Shown: positions 39,280 through 51,756, counted from the stretch's first letter. The stretch: DNA of 64,000 bases from Spirochaetia bacterium (GCA_034520965.1 JAXHMY010000003.1:64001-128000); one strand, 5' to 3'. Notes: generated by a model not told the origin, from the letters alone. Numbers and translations are program-made.

Positions 39280-39755
39280 CAGCTCTTTTCCCGCAAAGTA
39301 GTGATCGACCTCTTCAGGAATTATGCCTCGTTTATCCTTTCGTTTGTTATGCAGTACCGCCACGGCTATTTCTCTTGGTTTATGCTTTAATAGCTCACGA
39401 AGACAATATTCCAGGGTTGCCCTGGATAATTGAGCTCATCAACTAGAAGAATCTTTTTTCCTTCCAGTTTTTGTTCAATCTCATCAATCCATTGGATTTT
39501 CTGCGGGGCATCTTTGGGATTGTTTTCACGATCATAATAAGATATCCCCACCGTATAAACCGGTTTCTCGATAAAAGTTTTAAGGATTCTGGCGGGAATG
39601 AAGCCCCCGGTACCAATTGCAACGATAAGCTGGGGATCATAACCCGAACTCTTTATCTGCTGAGATAAGGATCTCACCGTTTTATGTATGTCATTGTATG
39701 AAAAATAGAGTTTAGCTGGTTCAGCCAGTATCACCCTTATCCATAGGGAGAACAT
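39280..39755 (-). pseudogene. Purine phosphoribosyltransferase, 3' part frameshifted
   Basis: IVAIGTGGFIPARIL and KKILLVDE (PRPP-binding loop), after which the frame breaks; ends approximate. Confidence 0.75.
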
Positions 39756-40908
39756 CTTGGACCAGCTGTGTAATGAACACTTCTAGTGATTTCTGCTTGC
39801 AGTCCCTCTCTTTTAACAAGATCTGAAAGCTGCCGTCGGCAAACTCTACTATCATTGTGGGTAGTCGAATCAGACAGTCAAGATGAATAAGCGCAGGTGC
39901 ATCATTATCATAATTCGAACCTATGGCAATATGGCACGTATTGTAGGCCTTTTCATCCTCCAGCATATGCCCTGTGATCGTACCGGACGGGTTTAGTCCT
40001 ATACCAAGTTCTTCCGGTACACGCTGCTTGTGTCCGCCTCCGGGCCAACTTTCCTGCTCTTCAAACAGCAGAGCCTTCTTTTCACCGTAATCAATTGTGT
40101 GTTTTAAAAGACGGGCCTCTTCTCCACCCTTGACTTCAGTAACCAATCCTTGCTCCACCTGCACCACTACCGGTTCCTTGACTATTCTATCTCCATCGTG
40201 GAGTGATACACTGCCGTCGAAGACAATAACTCCTTCAGAATTTCCAAGTTCCGGGCTGATAAAGGTCTCACCGGCCGGTCAAATTTTCCGCCCGCCCCCT
40301 TGAAGGTCGCGGTTCCGAGTGATCTCCCGCATCGCCGTGCTGGCCTGCTGGCACCCCGATTTCTTGCGTCTGTTCCCCCGGGTGAGGTTATATGTACATA
40401 CTCAGCCCGATCGAGCAGGTCTTTCACCACCTTTACCTCTTTTACCAGACGTTCATAATCGATGGGTACTGTCCGAATAAACATGTCTTCGGTTGCCATG
40501 GGCGACCAAAAGGCCCTGCAACTGCTGTTTTATGCCATGGATGATGAAGACACATGCTCGTGCGACTTTCCCTCATGACTGTAAGGTTTTCGATTCTATC
40601 AGTCGACTTTGCCGAGCTTTTGTGCGCTCATTGAGATAAACACATCCGGCACGGAAGCAATTGCCTGTATCACCGCATCATCAGCAAAATCAAGCTGTGT
40701 CTTGACCGGCTGAACCAGCAGGAGCGGAATACCTCCAACTTCATTGTAACGGCATTGTGAAGGGCCATAGCAATTCGAAGGGTCTCGAGCGGGGGGTTTG
40801 TAACAATAAGCACCCGCTCACCGGGTTTCACATCCAGACACGCTCTGACAGCCACTTCACGGCCGCTTCATGCAATTTGTCTAATTTTTCTACTTGTATT
40901 GTGTCCAT
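39745..40908 (-). pseudogene. M29-like (aminopeptidase T type) metallopeptidase in fragments
   Basis: GERVLIVTNP, VHITSPGGTD, ELGIGLNP, EDEKA..TCHIAIGSN, HLD. Confidence 0.75.
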
Positions 40909-40997
40909 GCCCTATAGTATGAGATCAGAAAGATAGGGTCAATTCAATTACGTCTTGCCAGTTTCGAGCCTGCCCCACAGCGACATGCGAAACTATT

Positions 40998-41788
40998 TTA
41001 CATTATCAAGTTCACGCTGCATCTCTGCCTGTAAGCTACGATAGATAAAGCTTGAAATTCGCTGTTTTGCATCGGTAGAAATAAACCTGTTGAACAGAAC
41101 AACATACATTTTTTGCCCCTGGTCTTCCCGCATACCGACATACTATTCCATCTTACCATGACGATCTGTACCGCAGCTTTAATTGAATTTGAGATAACTC
41201 GGTTTTAGGGGGAAGATCAACACTTTTATTAAAATAAACCGCCATGCCGGCAGAGCTTATGTCCTTAATTGTTCCTTCATACATGGAACCGGCCACTTGT
41301 ACGTTAAATTCCGTGGCTATGCCCTTGGGACAGTATGCACGGACAAACTTCCTTTTTCCCTTTGCCTCATTGGCCATCAGGGTTTTTAGAATTTTTCTAG
41401 TGCTCTCTTTTAGCCCTAATTTCAGCTGGATATACCCACCCGGCACCATCTGGTCCATCAGATATTTCCGGGCCAGTTCCTTATCTTCGTTGTAGGTCAA
41501 ACGCAATTCCGTATTCGGATCCCTTGGTTTGTCTTCATTGTGCAGTAATTTGAGCGTACATGCTTGTCTCCATCCGCTCTCCTTCGGAAACGCTCCATAT
41601 CAATGTTTTATGAACAGTATCGAGTTATTGTATTTCCTAAGCAGCGGCAGGAGTTTACGATGGTCATTGATAAGATATACCTCAAACTCATTCTGAATTA
41701 TGTGAGTTATCAGCTCCTCCTGAATGACACTATGCGGATACAAGAAGAACACCTTTTTACCAAACTGCTCCATCTGAGAATTATTCAT
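40998..41788 (-). pseudogene. PilZ-domain protein, frameshifted
   Basis: KRKFVR...GTIKDISSAGMA (RxxxR, DxSxxG); N-terminal GKKVFFLYP. Confidence 0.7.
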
Positions 41789-41811
41789 CGCTTTTACTCC
41801 ACATACTAAGC

Positions 41812-44075
41812 TTATACAAAATCAGTCTCGTAATTAAAAGTACTCACTGTTTTCTCATTTTTTGAACTGTGGCGATAATCGTAGAACTCATCAAAAGTTT
41901 CTAACTTCGGCAGGCTGAGAACTTCATAGGGGAAAATATAGGTCAAATGGTCTGCTTTCGAATAATGCACATAAAACTTACGCCCCCGCGGGTCGGAAAT
42001 TTCACCCTCTGCATCTACCTTCGCCCGGGTAGCCAATATCGACGGCCTCCCATAACGATACAGCTCAACATCGAAGGGAGAACTCTGCTGTAAGTCTAGT
42101 AATCCTTCGCGATCCAACTCTACCCATGCCTGGACTCGGTTGACTCCCATTCTCTGAAGCTCATAGGCTGTCTGTCCGTTGGTGACCGGCAGAGGAAACC
42201 CAGTTACTATTTTCAAATCTTTATACGTTTTAAAAAGCTCCAGCTGGTATAAGTCGGTTACTCTGAAACGCCGGATGCCTGCCTTAACGGCCTCTTCAAT
42301 TTTTCCGGTTATCATTTCAAGTACCCCTTCAGGACAGAAATGGGGCAGTTCTACCTCCTGGGTCTGTTTTGAATAGGAGTACAGGCTGTCGACTTGAATG
42401 CTGGAGGTTCCGGCTTTTTGTCCACGCTTTGCGGCACAGCTGATTTCTCTTCGTTTCGACTGTGACATGTGCGGTCGTTTTGATAACTCGGCTTTTATGC
42501 GGCTCAACTGCAGGGATTTTACTTCTTCAAAATCAGTCTGCTGAATTCGCGGCTCAATAGAGCTCCAAAATTCACGACGGAGCTTTTTCAAAAGGCTTGG
42601 GGGCATAAACAGCCCCTCTTCGCATTCGACATCCACATTGCTCACGTAAAAGTCGTTCTCGCCGGTAGCTTCAAACACCCGCGCCACCTCTTGTGTGGCA
42701 ATTCCATGCTGCTTGGCATCCTCAGCGTTCTAGAGGGCCGACCACTCGAAGACTTCCTTTCGGTTTCTTTGGCAGAACCGCTCGCCCCTTCATCGACTTG
42801 AACCGATATCAAGTTACGCTGAATTTTAACCTTCAAGCTAAGGTGCGGAACTACCTTATACCAGGTAAAGCTTCAGGATCCGGCCAGTTATTCTTTATGC
42901 TTTGCGAGACTTTGTAGACCTTTGAACCGCGAGGGATCTCACGGTCGAAGGGAAGGTACCTCTCCATTTAAGGCGCTGCGTACTTGAGACCCTCTCTGTT
43001 CAATAGTACGGACGGTAAATCCTGAACTTTCTTCTCCGCCGGGACCCTGAAACCGCAAGCGGTCACCCACATGCAGTTTTCGCTGCAGCTCAAGCTTTAC
43101 GCGTCCCTTGCGAATATCCTGTACGCTGCCGATAAGCAAGCCGCTTACTCCGATAAGCCCCGGTTGCAAAACCGTATCCATATCTTCCTTCGCTGCAAAT
43201 CCGTGGGACCACTTGCGTCCGAAGGAGCCCGACAGTACCTGTTTTGCCTGTCCCAGTACCTTTGTATGCTGATCCTCATCTGCATCAAGTACCATTCTGT
43301 ATGCTTTTACCACGCTCTGTACGTAACTGGGCTTTTTTAGCCGTCCCTCTATTTTTAGTGAGGCGACCCCCATTCTTTTCAGTTCCGGGATAAGATCAAG
43401 GGTATACAAATCCTGAGTAGAAAAATAAAAACCCGCCTGTTTGCCCCCCGCCCCCTCGGCGTAGTACCTGCGCCGGCAAGGCTGTTTACAGCGGCCGCGG
43501 TTTCCGCTCCAGCCGCCGATCCAGGATGAAAAAAGGCATTTGCCCGAGAGGGAGCAACACAAGGCACCGTGTATAAAAACCTCTATTTCTACTGCAGAAC
43601 GGGCTATAATCTGCTCCAGCTCATCCAGCGTAACTTGCCGCTCCAGAATTACCCGCTCAATTCCCATACCGACAGCTGCCGCCACTCCCGCACTGTTGTG
43701 TATACCCATTTGGGTGGAAGCATGCACCGGCATAGAAGGATAGTATTCTCGAAGCATTCCGGCTATCCCTAAATCCTGCACAATTACCCCATCCGGAGAG
43801 AATTGTGACATATGAAACAGCTGCTCCGCCGCCTCTTCAAGTTCATTTTGCTTAAGAAGGGTATTAAAGGTAAGATAAAACTTCTTATTATGCTTTTTTG
43901 CATAGGCTGAGAGTTTTGACATATCCTCAAAACTAAAGTTATCCGCCATTTCTCGGGCGTTATATTTGCCCAGGCCGCAGTATACCGCATCCGCACCGCT
44001 CACGTATGCCGAGAGGGCGGTTTCTAGATTTCCCGCCGGCGCCAGCAGCTCAGGTGTATGTATAAAATTATTCAT
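41812..44075 (-). CDS. Peptidase U32-family protein (RNA hydroxylase type), frameshifted around 42690-42950
   Basis: PELLAPAG, GADAVY.G, HASTQM, HGALC...SGKC...NRGRCKQPCR, SLKIEGR. Confidence 0.85.
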
Positions 44076-44375
44076 TGCTATATAGTGTAAAAGTTTTTCT
44101 ACTTTTTTGCTACAGCCTCAATTGCTGCTACAGCTGTAGAAAAACTGTTACACAGGCAATACACTTGCAGTCAAAATGCTAATTTTGAAAAAACTGTATA
44201 AAAATCCAATTTTTTTCTAAAGGTGGGTAAAGTTTATGCCGGGGGTGTGCCGAAGGTATAAGTGTGGAAGGAGTCACCGCGGAAAGACTTTAAAGCACTT
44301 CTTTCATTCTTTTTTATATATCGGTCATACTTGAGACCGATTTAGAAAAAATTTGCCTCTTAAGGCAAAAAATTG

Positions 44376-44410
44376 AGGGCAAGGATGCCCTTATACACTT
44401 CAAGGAGGAG
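44376..44410 (+). promoter_or_regulatory. CsrA-binding-like sites in first flaB leader
   Basis: agggca-AGGA-tgccct hairpin plus CAAGGAG at the RBS. Confidence 0.7.
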
Positions 44411-44415
44411 ATTGT

Positions 44416-45276
44416 ATGATTATTAATCACAACATGAGCGCAATGTTTGCGCAAAACCAGCTGAAGAATACCAACGGTATGCTCGAAAAGAACATCGAAA
44501 AACTGTCTTCAGGCCTTCGTATTAACCGTGCCGGCGACGATGCATCCGGTTTAGCTGTAAGTGAGAAAATGCGGGCGCAAATCCGTGGTTTGAACCAGGC
44601 TTCCCGAAACGCTGAAAACGGCATCTCTTTTATTCAAACCACAGAAGGCTATCTGCAGGAATCTCAGGACATCATGCATAGAATGCGTGAACTGGCTGTA
44701 CAGTCAGCCAACGGCATCTACAGCGACGAGGACAGAATGATGATCCAGGTAGAAATCAGCCAGCTGGTTGATGAAATCGACCGAATTGCCAGCCATGCCC
44801 AGTTTAACGGTATGAATATGCTGACCGGCCGTTTTGCTGCAGAGAGCGGAGAAAACACCGTAACCGCCTCTATGTGGTTCCACATTGGTGCGAACATGGA
44901 TCAGCGGGAGCAAGTGTACATCGGCACAATGACTTCTGAAGCTCTTGGTGTGCGCCAGATGGGTACCGGCGAAACCATAACAATGGCAAGCCCGGAGGAA
45001 GCCAACCGCTCAATCGGTTCAATTGATTCGGCTCTGAAGTCCATCAACAAGCAGCGTGCGGACCTTGGTGCCTATCAGAATCGACTGGAACATGCAGTCC
45101 GTGGAATTGACGTTGGGGCAGAGAACCTCCAGGCTGCCGAATCACGGATCAGAGACGTTGACATGGCTAGGGAAATGGTGGATTACACAAAGAACCAGAT
45201 TCTCCAACAGGCTGGAAACGCAATGCTCGCCCAGGCTAACACAAAAACACAATCGGTCTTGCAACTATTGGGATAG
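44416..45276 (+). CDS. flaB: Flagellar filament core protein FlaB
   Basis: [54 protein letters not shown]. Confidence 0.97.
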   Translation: MIINHNMSAMFAQNQLKNTNGMLEKNIEKLSSGLRINRAGDDASGLAVSEKMRAQIRGLNQASRNAENGISFIQTTEGYLQESQDIMHRMRELAVQSANGIYSDEDRMMIQVEISQLVDEIDRIASHAQFNGMNMLTGRFAAESGENTVTASMWFHIGANMDQREQVYIGTMTSEALGVRQMGTGETITMASPEEANRSIGSIDSALKSINKQRADLGAYQNRLEHAVRGIDVGAENLQAAESRIRDVDMAREMVDYTKNQILQQAGNAMLAQANTKTQSVLQLLG

Positions 45277-45453
45277 CGCGTTATATTTAGACTTGTAGGT
45301 TTATAGTTCTTTGAAAACATACCCTCCTAGTATTGGTATTAAATTAAGGTGATGGGCCGGCCTTTCAGGTCGGCCGCATCTCTTTAACATGTGGGGATCA
45401 GTCCGGAAGGGGCGCAAAAAAGGCCTTCCCTGTTCCTTACGGTTGATATCATG

Positions 45454-45490
45454 AAAGGCAAGGAATGCCTTTACACAGTAATCAAGGAGG
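45454..45490 (+). promoter_or_regulatory. CsrA-binding-like sites in second flaB leader
   Basis: aaaggca-AGGAA-tgccttt hairpin plus CAAGGAG at the RBS. Confidence 0.7.
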
Positions 45491-45495
45491 GTTAT

Positions 45496-46347
45496 ATGAT
45501 TATTAATCACAACATGAGCGCCTTGTACGCAAATCGCCAAGTTGGGCTGGCAAATCAATCCGTAAAAGGTAATATTGAAAAGCTCAGCTCAGGAATGCGG
45601 ATTAATCGGGCATCCGATGATGCATCCGGACTCGCTGTAAGCGAGAAAATGCGAGCGCAGATACGAGGTCTCAACCAGGCTGAACGCAACATTGAAAACG
45701 GAGTTTCCTTCATTCAGACAACAGAGGGATATTTACAAGAATCCCAGGATATTTTACACCGACTACGGGAACTTTCAGTGCAGTCAGCCAATGGTATTTA
45801 CTCCCAGGAAGATCGCATGCAGATTCAGGTTGAGGTCTCTCAGCTTGTAGATGAAATTAATCGGATTGCATCCCACGCACAGTTTAACGGTATGAATATG
45901 CTTACCGGCGGATTTGCAGAGGATACTCAAAGCGGGCAGATAATGCAGTTTCAGGTTGGTGCAAATATGGACCAAAATGAACGCGTATACATTGGAACAA
46001 TGACTGCTCAGGCGCTCGGCCTGCAGGGAGCACAGGGTGAAGAAGGAACTATTTCTATTTCAAACCCTGAAGCAGCGAACATGGCAATCGGCTCAATCGA
46101 CAGTGCCCTACAGCAAGTTTCACGGCAACGTGCCAACCTTGGCGCGTATCAAAACCGTTTTGAAAAAGCTGCTGATGGTGTTGCAATTGCAGCTGAAAAC
46201 CTTACTGCTGCTGAGTCACAGATCCGTGATGTAGACATGGCCTCTGAAATGGTCAACTACATGAAAAACCAGATTCTGACTCAGTCTTCAACAGCGATGC
46301 TCGCACAGGCAAACACACAGACACAATCGGTACTGCAACTACTGTAA
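45496..46347 (+). CDS. flaB: Flagellar filament core protein FlaB (paralog)
   Basis: MIINHNMSA start at 45496 after AAGGAGG; flagellin N- and C-terminal motifs. Confidence 0.97.
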   Translation: MIINHNMSALYANRQVGLANQSVKGNIEKLSSGMRINRASDDASGLAVSEKMRAQIRGLNQAERNIENGVSFIQTTEGYLQESQDILHRLRELSVQSANGIYSQEDRMQIQVEVSQLVDEINRIASHAQFNGMNMLTGGFAEDTQSGQIMQFQVGANMDQNERVYIGTMTAQALGLQGAQGEEGTISISNPEAANMAIGSIDSALQQVSRQRANLGAYQNRFEKAADGVAIAAENLTAAESQIRDVDMASEMVNYMKNQILTQSSTAMLAQANTQTQSVLQLL

Positions 46348-46454
46348 GACACCTAGTGTTCAATTAAGCAAAGATGAGATTTCTGGACGTTTTCTCATCT
46401 ACTATTTAGGGGGAGGCCCGGCGCCCCTCCTCCTTCTTTATTTAGGTGGTAATT

Positions 46455-46828
46455 ATGGAACTGCATTTGAATGATGTAGGTGCACAGAACAGGCAGTTTA
46501 CTGCAGCGGCTTTTGAACAGAAGGAGTTTCGAGTTCAAAATGCGCAGAAAGAAGCTCAGCGGAAACAAGCGGCGGCGGCTAAGGCCAAGGAAAAAAGAAA
46601 AGAGACCGTAGATCCCGAAATTTACCTAAAAGATATTCTCACTATCACCAGCATCTTTAACAGAAGGCTCTAGAATCCAGTATAAATAGAGAGTCGAACC
46701 AGGTGATCGTCAAGGTCATTGACGGCGAAACCGATAATGTTATTAAGGAGATTCCCCCGGAAGCACTTCAGCGTCTGCATTCACGTATGCGTGAGAGTAT
46801 CGGACTTCTGATTGATGAAGAGATATAG
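46455..46828 (+). CDS. flaG: Flagellar protein FlaG (local frameshift/stop near 46671)
   Basis: FNRRL, then in another frame SINRESNQVIVKVIDGETDNVIKEIPPE; lies between flaB and fliD. Confidence 0.85.
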
Positions 46829-46862
46829 TCCATATTTTAACCGGGGGATCAGGTAGCGAGAA

Positions 46863-48872
46863 ATGTCTGATATCAGCATCCCCGGGGTATCCAGTAAATA
46901 TAACACCGGTAAAATGATAGATGCCATCATGGAGGCGGAAAAAGTTCCGCTCAACCGGATGGAAAATCGTCAGGAAACCTTTAACCGGCAGAAAAAAGTC
47001 TGGAACGAAGTAAATCGTAAACTCAGTTCATTACAGGAAAACGCCCGGGGTCTCTATAGTTTTGACAACCCCTTTAGGGAGTACGTGGCAAACTCTACTT
47101 CCCCTGAAATAATTTCTGCGAGTGCCGACCGGAATGCCGCAAAGGGTATAGAGAAAATCAGTGTACAACAAGTCGCGTCAAATGATGCATTTCGTTCGCG
47201 CCCTTTAAGCTCAGATTTCAGTATCAACGCCGGCGAATATGCTTTTAAAATCGGAGAACAGGAAGTTGAGTTTTCTTTTGACGGCGGTGATAGTGAGGAC
47301 TTTGTTCGCAGGTTAAACCGCCGCGGGAAAGGGTTAATCGAAGCCCGGCTTATCCGAGACACCCCTGAAACAAATATCTTGCTTATTGAAAGCACCAAGA
47401 CCGGTGCAGACAATCAACTCACCTTCTTAAAGGATTCTCAAGCTATGGGTGAGTCCACAGGCCTGCTGGCCAGAGTCTCTACAGGTGAGCGTAATATTGC
47501 TATCAACTCAGATACTGCATCGAGCATCGAGTCTTCTCGCTTGAGAGGAGAGTTTCAACTGCAGGACGGCAATTTAGTGGTTCCCCCGGGCACTTCAGCA
47601 CAAATTCAAGTAAGTCCTCCGGTACAGCCTGAAAAAAGCCTCCAGCTCGTTCTTGAAGTACAGGTAAGGGAACTTCCTCAAGATGAGTACCAGGTCCCCT
47701 CCCCTCCTCCTGGTCCGCAGCTTCCCGATGCAGGAGGGGTTGAGCTCGAGGGAATCGAGGTTCAGAACGCTCCCGGTGAAGTTGAAACGCCACCCTGGGA
47801 ACCGCCGCCGAAGCCTGAAACAGTTGAAACACTGCAAGTGCTCTCAATAAATGAAGCACATGAGCTTCCCGAGTTGACAGCTACCGAGGAACCCCAGAAA
47901 CTTACCATCCCTCTGTCCGATTTAGGTGCCGCTGTGCGTTCAATTGACATTCGCAACAGAAATACTGGCCGCCGCATTTCTGTAAACCAGGCGCAAATAG
48001 AAAATCCTAAAGCCAGGGGCGAATTTCAACCCCAATTTCCGGTATCCACTGCTCAAAATGCACAGCTAACCGTGAATGGAATACCCATAGAGCGGAATAA
48101 TAATAATATAGACGATGTCATTCCCGGTGTAACCCTTACACCCCAGATGGCTTCCGATAGAACAGTTGAAATAAATGTAGAACCTGACAAAGAAGCTATA
48201 AAGAATGGACTTATCCAGTTTTTAGGCAGTTACAATCAAACCTTGACAGAAGTAAATATTCTTACAAGTAATCGTGAGAGCGTAATTGAGGAAATCGGTT
48301 ATTTTGAAGACGCAGATCGTGAGGCGGCTCGCGAAAAATTAGGCATGTTTTCCGGTGACAGCAGCTTTATGCAACTAAAAAACCGTCTTCAGCGGATTGC
48401 CAGTGCTTCCTATGAGACCTCGGCCGGTCGAGAACTCAGCATGCTGAGCCAGATGGGAATTTCTACCAATGCCTCCGGAGGAGCTGGTTCGGTAAGCCGG
48501 TCAAAATTACGCGGATATTTGGAAGTAGATGAATCTCAATTAGATGAGGCCATCGACCAGCACCTGCCGGCTATCAAAGAACTGTTTGGCCAGGATACCG
48601 ACGGAGATTTAGTAGTTGATTCAGGTATAGCTGTTGAAATCAGCAATTTTGTGAATGCCTACACCCGCAACAATGGTTTAATTGATACTCGTACAAGCAG
48701 TATTGATCGGCAGATCGACGAAACAGAAGATGAAATTAACGATTTTAAACGACGTTTGGAAGATAAAGAGACTGATCTGAAGCGCAAGTACGGCCGTATG
48801 GAGGGTGCTTTAGGAGACCTGGAAGACAGTAGAAGATCTATAGAGGGCTTACAGCAACGTAATTCACAGTAG
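46863..48872 (+). CDS. fliD: Flagellar filament cap protein FliD
   Basis: SIPGVSSKYNT, AQNAQLTVNGIPIER..N.IDDVIPGVTL, C-terminal coiled coil with KYGRME. Confidence 0.93.
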   Translation: MSDISIPGVSSKYNTGKMIDAIMEAEKVPLNRMENRQETFNRQKKVWNEVNRKLSSLQENARGLYSFDNPFREYVANSTSPEIISASADRNAAKGIEKISVQQVASNDAFRSRPLSSDFSINAGEYAFKIGEQEVEFSFDGGDSEDFVRRLNRRGKGLIEARLIRDTPETNILLIESTKTGADNQLTFLKDSQAMGESTGLLARVSTGERNIAINSDTASSIESSRLRGEFQLQDGNLVVPPGTSAQIQVSPPVQPEKSLQLVLEVQVRELPQDEYQVPSPPPGPQLPDAGGVELEGIEVQNAPGEVETPPWEPPPKPETVETLQVLSINEAHELPELTATEEPQKLTIPLSDLGAAVRSIDIRNRNTGRRISVNQAQIENPKARGEFQPQFPVSTAQNAQLTVNGIPIERNNNNIDDVIPGVTLTPQMASDRTVEINVEPDKEAIKNGLIQFLGSYNQTLTEVNILTSNRESVIEEIGYFEDADREAAREKLGMFSGDSSFMQLKNRLQRIASASYETSAGRELSMLSQMGISTNASGGAGSVSRSKLRGYLEVDESQLDEAIDQHLPAIKELFGQDTDGDLVVDSGIAVEISNFVNAYTRNNGLIDTRTSSIDRQIDETEDEINDFKRRLEDKETDLKRKYGRMEGALGDLEDSRRSIEGLQQRNSQ

Positions 48873-48897
48873 CCACTGCACGAAAAAGGAGCTTAAT

Positions 48898-49839
48898 TTG
48901 AGAATCAGCATAAATGAAAAGGCAATTGATTTTTCCCTCGAGAATGAAAAAACTCTTGGCGACGTTATTGATGGTATACATGCATGGCTTGAAGATTCTG
49001 GGTATCAGATTTTCTCAATTGAATATGACGGCACCACAATTGTTCCAAGTGGCGAGGAAGATGAAAAATGGAAACAGCAGCCAATCGACAACATGCAAGA
49101 CCTGGATATTACAGTTCTCTCCGCTACCGAGCAGTATGGTCAGGATCTTCATACCCTATATCAGTACATTTCGCTTCTGCAACGGGCTATAGCATCCGAT
49201 AACCGTGAACTTATCAAGGACCTTAAAAATGAACTCCCGTATATAGTAAACAATATTGACCGAATATTGGGCTCTCAAAATGAATACGGCCAGGTGTTGG
49301 AAAAGCTGGTCGAGGGCTCGGGTATCAAAAATGGAGAAATAAAACCGGCGGTGCAACAACTGCTTTCCTACTTAAACAACCTGTTAATCATACTCCAGTC
49401 GCGCATAAATGAGGTAACTCAACCGCTTACTGAACTCCGTTCTACAGCTGAAGGTTTGAGAACTCTTGTACCTCAATTGATGGACGTCTCAGTATACCTT
49501 CAGACCGGCAAAGATAAAAAGGCAATGAGTTCTATTATTGAGTTTACTGAGATCTCCGAAAAACTTATCCGTTTGTACCGTCTTTTGCAGAACCAGGGAA
49601 TCACCGACCTTTCAAAAACTCAATTTGATGGACAGGACTTTACCACTTTTTACTCTGAATTAAATGAAATATTTCATGAACTGGAGGATGCCTTTAATTC
49701 AAAGGATTCAGTATTAATCGGAGATTTATTAGAATATGAAGTCGCTCCACGCACAGAAAAATTGATGGAGTTTATTTTAACTATAGAGAACAATTTTGAT
49801 ACCAGCGGGACAAAACCACAAAACAAAAGTGAGGGTTGA
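48898..49839 (+). CDS. Hypothetical helical protein downstream of fliD
   Basis: C-terminal AFNSKDSVLIGDLLEYEVAP motif; RBS AGGAG. Confidence 0.65.
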   Translation: MRISINEKAIDFSLENEKTLGDVIDGIHAWLEDSGYQIFSIEYDGTTIVPSGEEDEKWKQQPIDNMQDLDITVLSATEQYGQDLHTLYQYISLLQRAIASDNRELIKDLKNELPYIVNNIDRILGSQNEYGQVLEKLVEGSGIKNGEIKPAVQQLLSYLNNLLIILQSRINEVTQPLTELRSTAEGLRTLVPQLMDVSVYLQTGKDKKAMSSIIEFTEISEKLIRLYRLLQNQGITDLSKTQFDGQDFTTFYSELNEIFHELEDAFNSKDSVLIGDLLEYEVAPRTEKLMEFILTIENNFDTSGTKPQNKSEG

Positions 49840-49842
49840 TAG

Positions 49843-50964
49843 GTGGAGTTATTTATTCTTCAGGTAATGCCGACTTTGCAGGAAGCTGATACGACCTCTA
49901 CCATCATCGCAATCGCGGTATTTGGGATATTTATTTTATTCTTGGTAATCGCTGGTATGCGCGGAAATCAGACAAGTTCCGGTGGAGGCGGCGGAAAGAA
50001 AAAGGCAAAGTTCAATAAGCGTAAGTTTCGACGTTACGCAGCTAATCGAGGTCTCACCCGCCAAGAAGCCCTTACTTTAGAGGACATAATCCGTCGTAAT
50101 AGGGTTTATAGTCCCTACTCCCTACTGAACAATACCCCGGCCTTAGACAGTAACCTTCGTAAAACCCTAAATGAAATTGAGGAAAGCGGCCTTGAAACTA
50201 ATTTGCGAGAGGCCAAAAAGCTCACTCTCTACCGCATAAAACAGAAGATTGAACGTAGTACAAAGGGAGTTAAACCCCCTTCATCTTCACGGCAGCTAAA
50301 GGTAGGTCAGGCCGTGTCTTTGTCGGTAAATAATGTACGCTATCAGACAAAAATTACTTCTAATCTGGAGAAAAGCTTTGGAATCGAAGTTCCTAAGGAT
50401 AAAACCGGTACAGAGATTCGCTGGCGTAAATGGACTAAGACTCAAATATATTTTTGGCGCCCCAACGGGCAAAGCTTTTCTTTCGATACCAAAATAGTTG
50501 GTTACAACGTAATCCGCGGAATATCGAGCGTTTTTTTGCAGCATAGTGAAGCAATTAAGGAGGCTCAGCAGCGACGTTACCGTAGAAAACCGATTGAACG
50601 GCCGGCTTATATCTATCCGATACGCATTATTACTTCAGGCTTTGGTAAAAACAGCACCCGCAAAGCAATAGTGGATAAAAACAGAGGTAATCTGGCCACC
50701 TTAATCGACATATCAGCCGGAGGCTGTGCCATGCGCAGTTCCTATCCGTTAAATCGCGGAGAGCTCTTAAAAGTAGAATTTGAAACAGAAAATCGCCAAA
50801 AGGTAACAGTGTTTGGAAAGGTTATGGGAATGACAAAATCTTATCCAACCGGAGGCATTATGCATATTATGTTTACCAGAGTTTCACGGTCCCATATGAA
50901 CCATATCAACAGCTTTATTTACAGTTTTGAACAAGCCCGGGAGCGTCGTTACCCGCGGTTGTAG
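49843..50964 (+). CDS. Membrane-anchored PilZ-domain (flagellar brake-like) protein
   Basis: TM helix, QRRYRR and DISAGG motifs. Confidence 0.85.
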   Translation: MELFILQVMPTLQEADTTSTIIAIAVFGIFILFLVIAGMRGNQTSSGGGGGKKKAKFNKRKFRRYAANRGLTRQEALTLEDIIRRNRVYSPYSLLNNTPALDSNLRKTLNEIEESGLETNLREAKKLTLYRIKQKIERSTKGVKPPSSSRQLKVGQAVSLSVNNVRYQTKITSNLEKSFGIEVPKDKTGTEIRWRKWTKTQIYFWRPNGQSFSFDTKIVGYNVIRGISSVFLQHSEAIKEAQQRRYRRKPIERPAYIYPIRIITSGFGKNSTRKAIVDKNRGNLATLIDISAGGCAMRSSYPLNRGELLKVEFETENRQKVTVFGKVMGMTKSYPTGGIMHIMFTRVSRSHMNHINSFIYSFEQARERRYPRL

Positions 50965-51058
50965 CTTTTAATTGTGAGGTATCTCATTACACACAACCTT
51001 CATTTTATTGTAGAGCACAGTGTTGACCTGGATTCACTTTTAACCTACATTTCAATAT

Positions 51059-51319
51059 ATGAAAGTGCTTGAAATTAAGGATATTACCAAAAAAAATATT
51101 CCACTCCATTATCGTAATGAGTTCAAGGGTTCTGCGGTGTTTGAATACCTCCCTCAGAAGCAAGAAGAGAGTCCGGTTGAGTTTACTCTAGAGCATTCCG
51201 CCAATGGTGATATCGATATATCCGTAAAAATACTAAAGAAAATCAATTACCCCCTCTTACCGGCAATAAAATCCCTTAAGGCACACATTCGCTATTTAGA
51301 AAAACAAGGTAAACTCTAG
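51059..51319 (+). CDS. Hypothetical protein
   Basis: 86-aa ORF abutting tsaE. Confidence 0.6.
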   Translation: MKVLEIKDITKKNIPLHYRNEFKGSAVFEYLPQKQEESPVEFTLEHSANGDIDISVKILKKINYPLLPAIKSLKAHIRYLEKQGKL

Positions 51320-51321
51320 AA

Positions 51322-51756
51322 ATGCAACAGCTGCACACAGCCTCAGCAGAAGAGACAATCCGTCTGGGCCAAAAAATTGGCATTAAAGTTGCTCCAGGAG
51401 ATATAATTACCCTGCACGGGTCTCTTGGCTGCGGTAAAACAACACTAGTAAAGGGTATCGCCGACTCCCTTGAAATTGATGATGAAATCACCAGCCCCAG
51501 CTACACCTTAATTTCTGAATACGAGGGACGGATTCCTATGTACCATATGGATTTGTATCGAATCGACAGTATAGAGGAGTTCGAACTATTAGGAGCTGAA
51601 GAACTTCTGTATGGAACCGGGGTATCAATAATTGAATGGGCAGAAAAAATTGAACAACTTTTACCCGACACTTGCATCTCGATATCTTTTTACATTGACG
51701 CTGCTGCCGAGCGTGATATAAAAATTGAAGGAATCAAGGAGGTCCTTACGCTTTGA
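51322..51756 (+). CDS. tsaE: tRNA t6A biosynthesis ATPase TsaE
   Basis: GSLGCGKTT, TSPSYTL, HMDLYRI, IIEWAE. Confidence 0.95.
   Translation: MQQLHTASAEETIRLGQKIGIKVAPGDIITLHGSLGCGKTTLVKGIADSLEIDDEITSPSYTLISEYEGRIPMYHMDLYRIDSIEEFELLGAEELLYGTGVSIIEWAEKIEQLLPDTCISISFYIDAAAERDIKIEGIKEVLTL

Noticed and set aside
44228..44256. Sigma28 promoter for first flaB (TAAA-N17-GCCGAAGG)
   Set aside because: Spacer is two bases longer than consensus and the -10 is imperfect; plausible but not supported well enough to list
45391..45495. Longer N-terminus of second FlaB
   Set aside because: The canonical MIINHN start with RBS is at 45496
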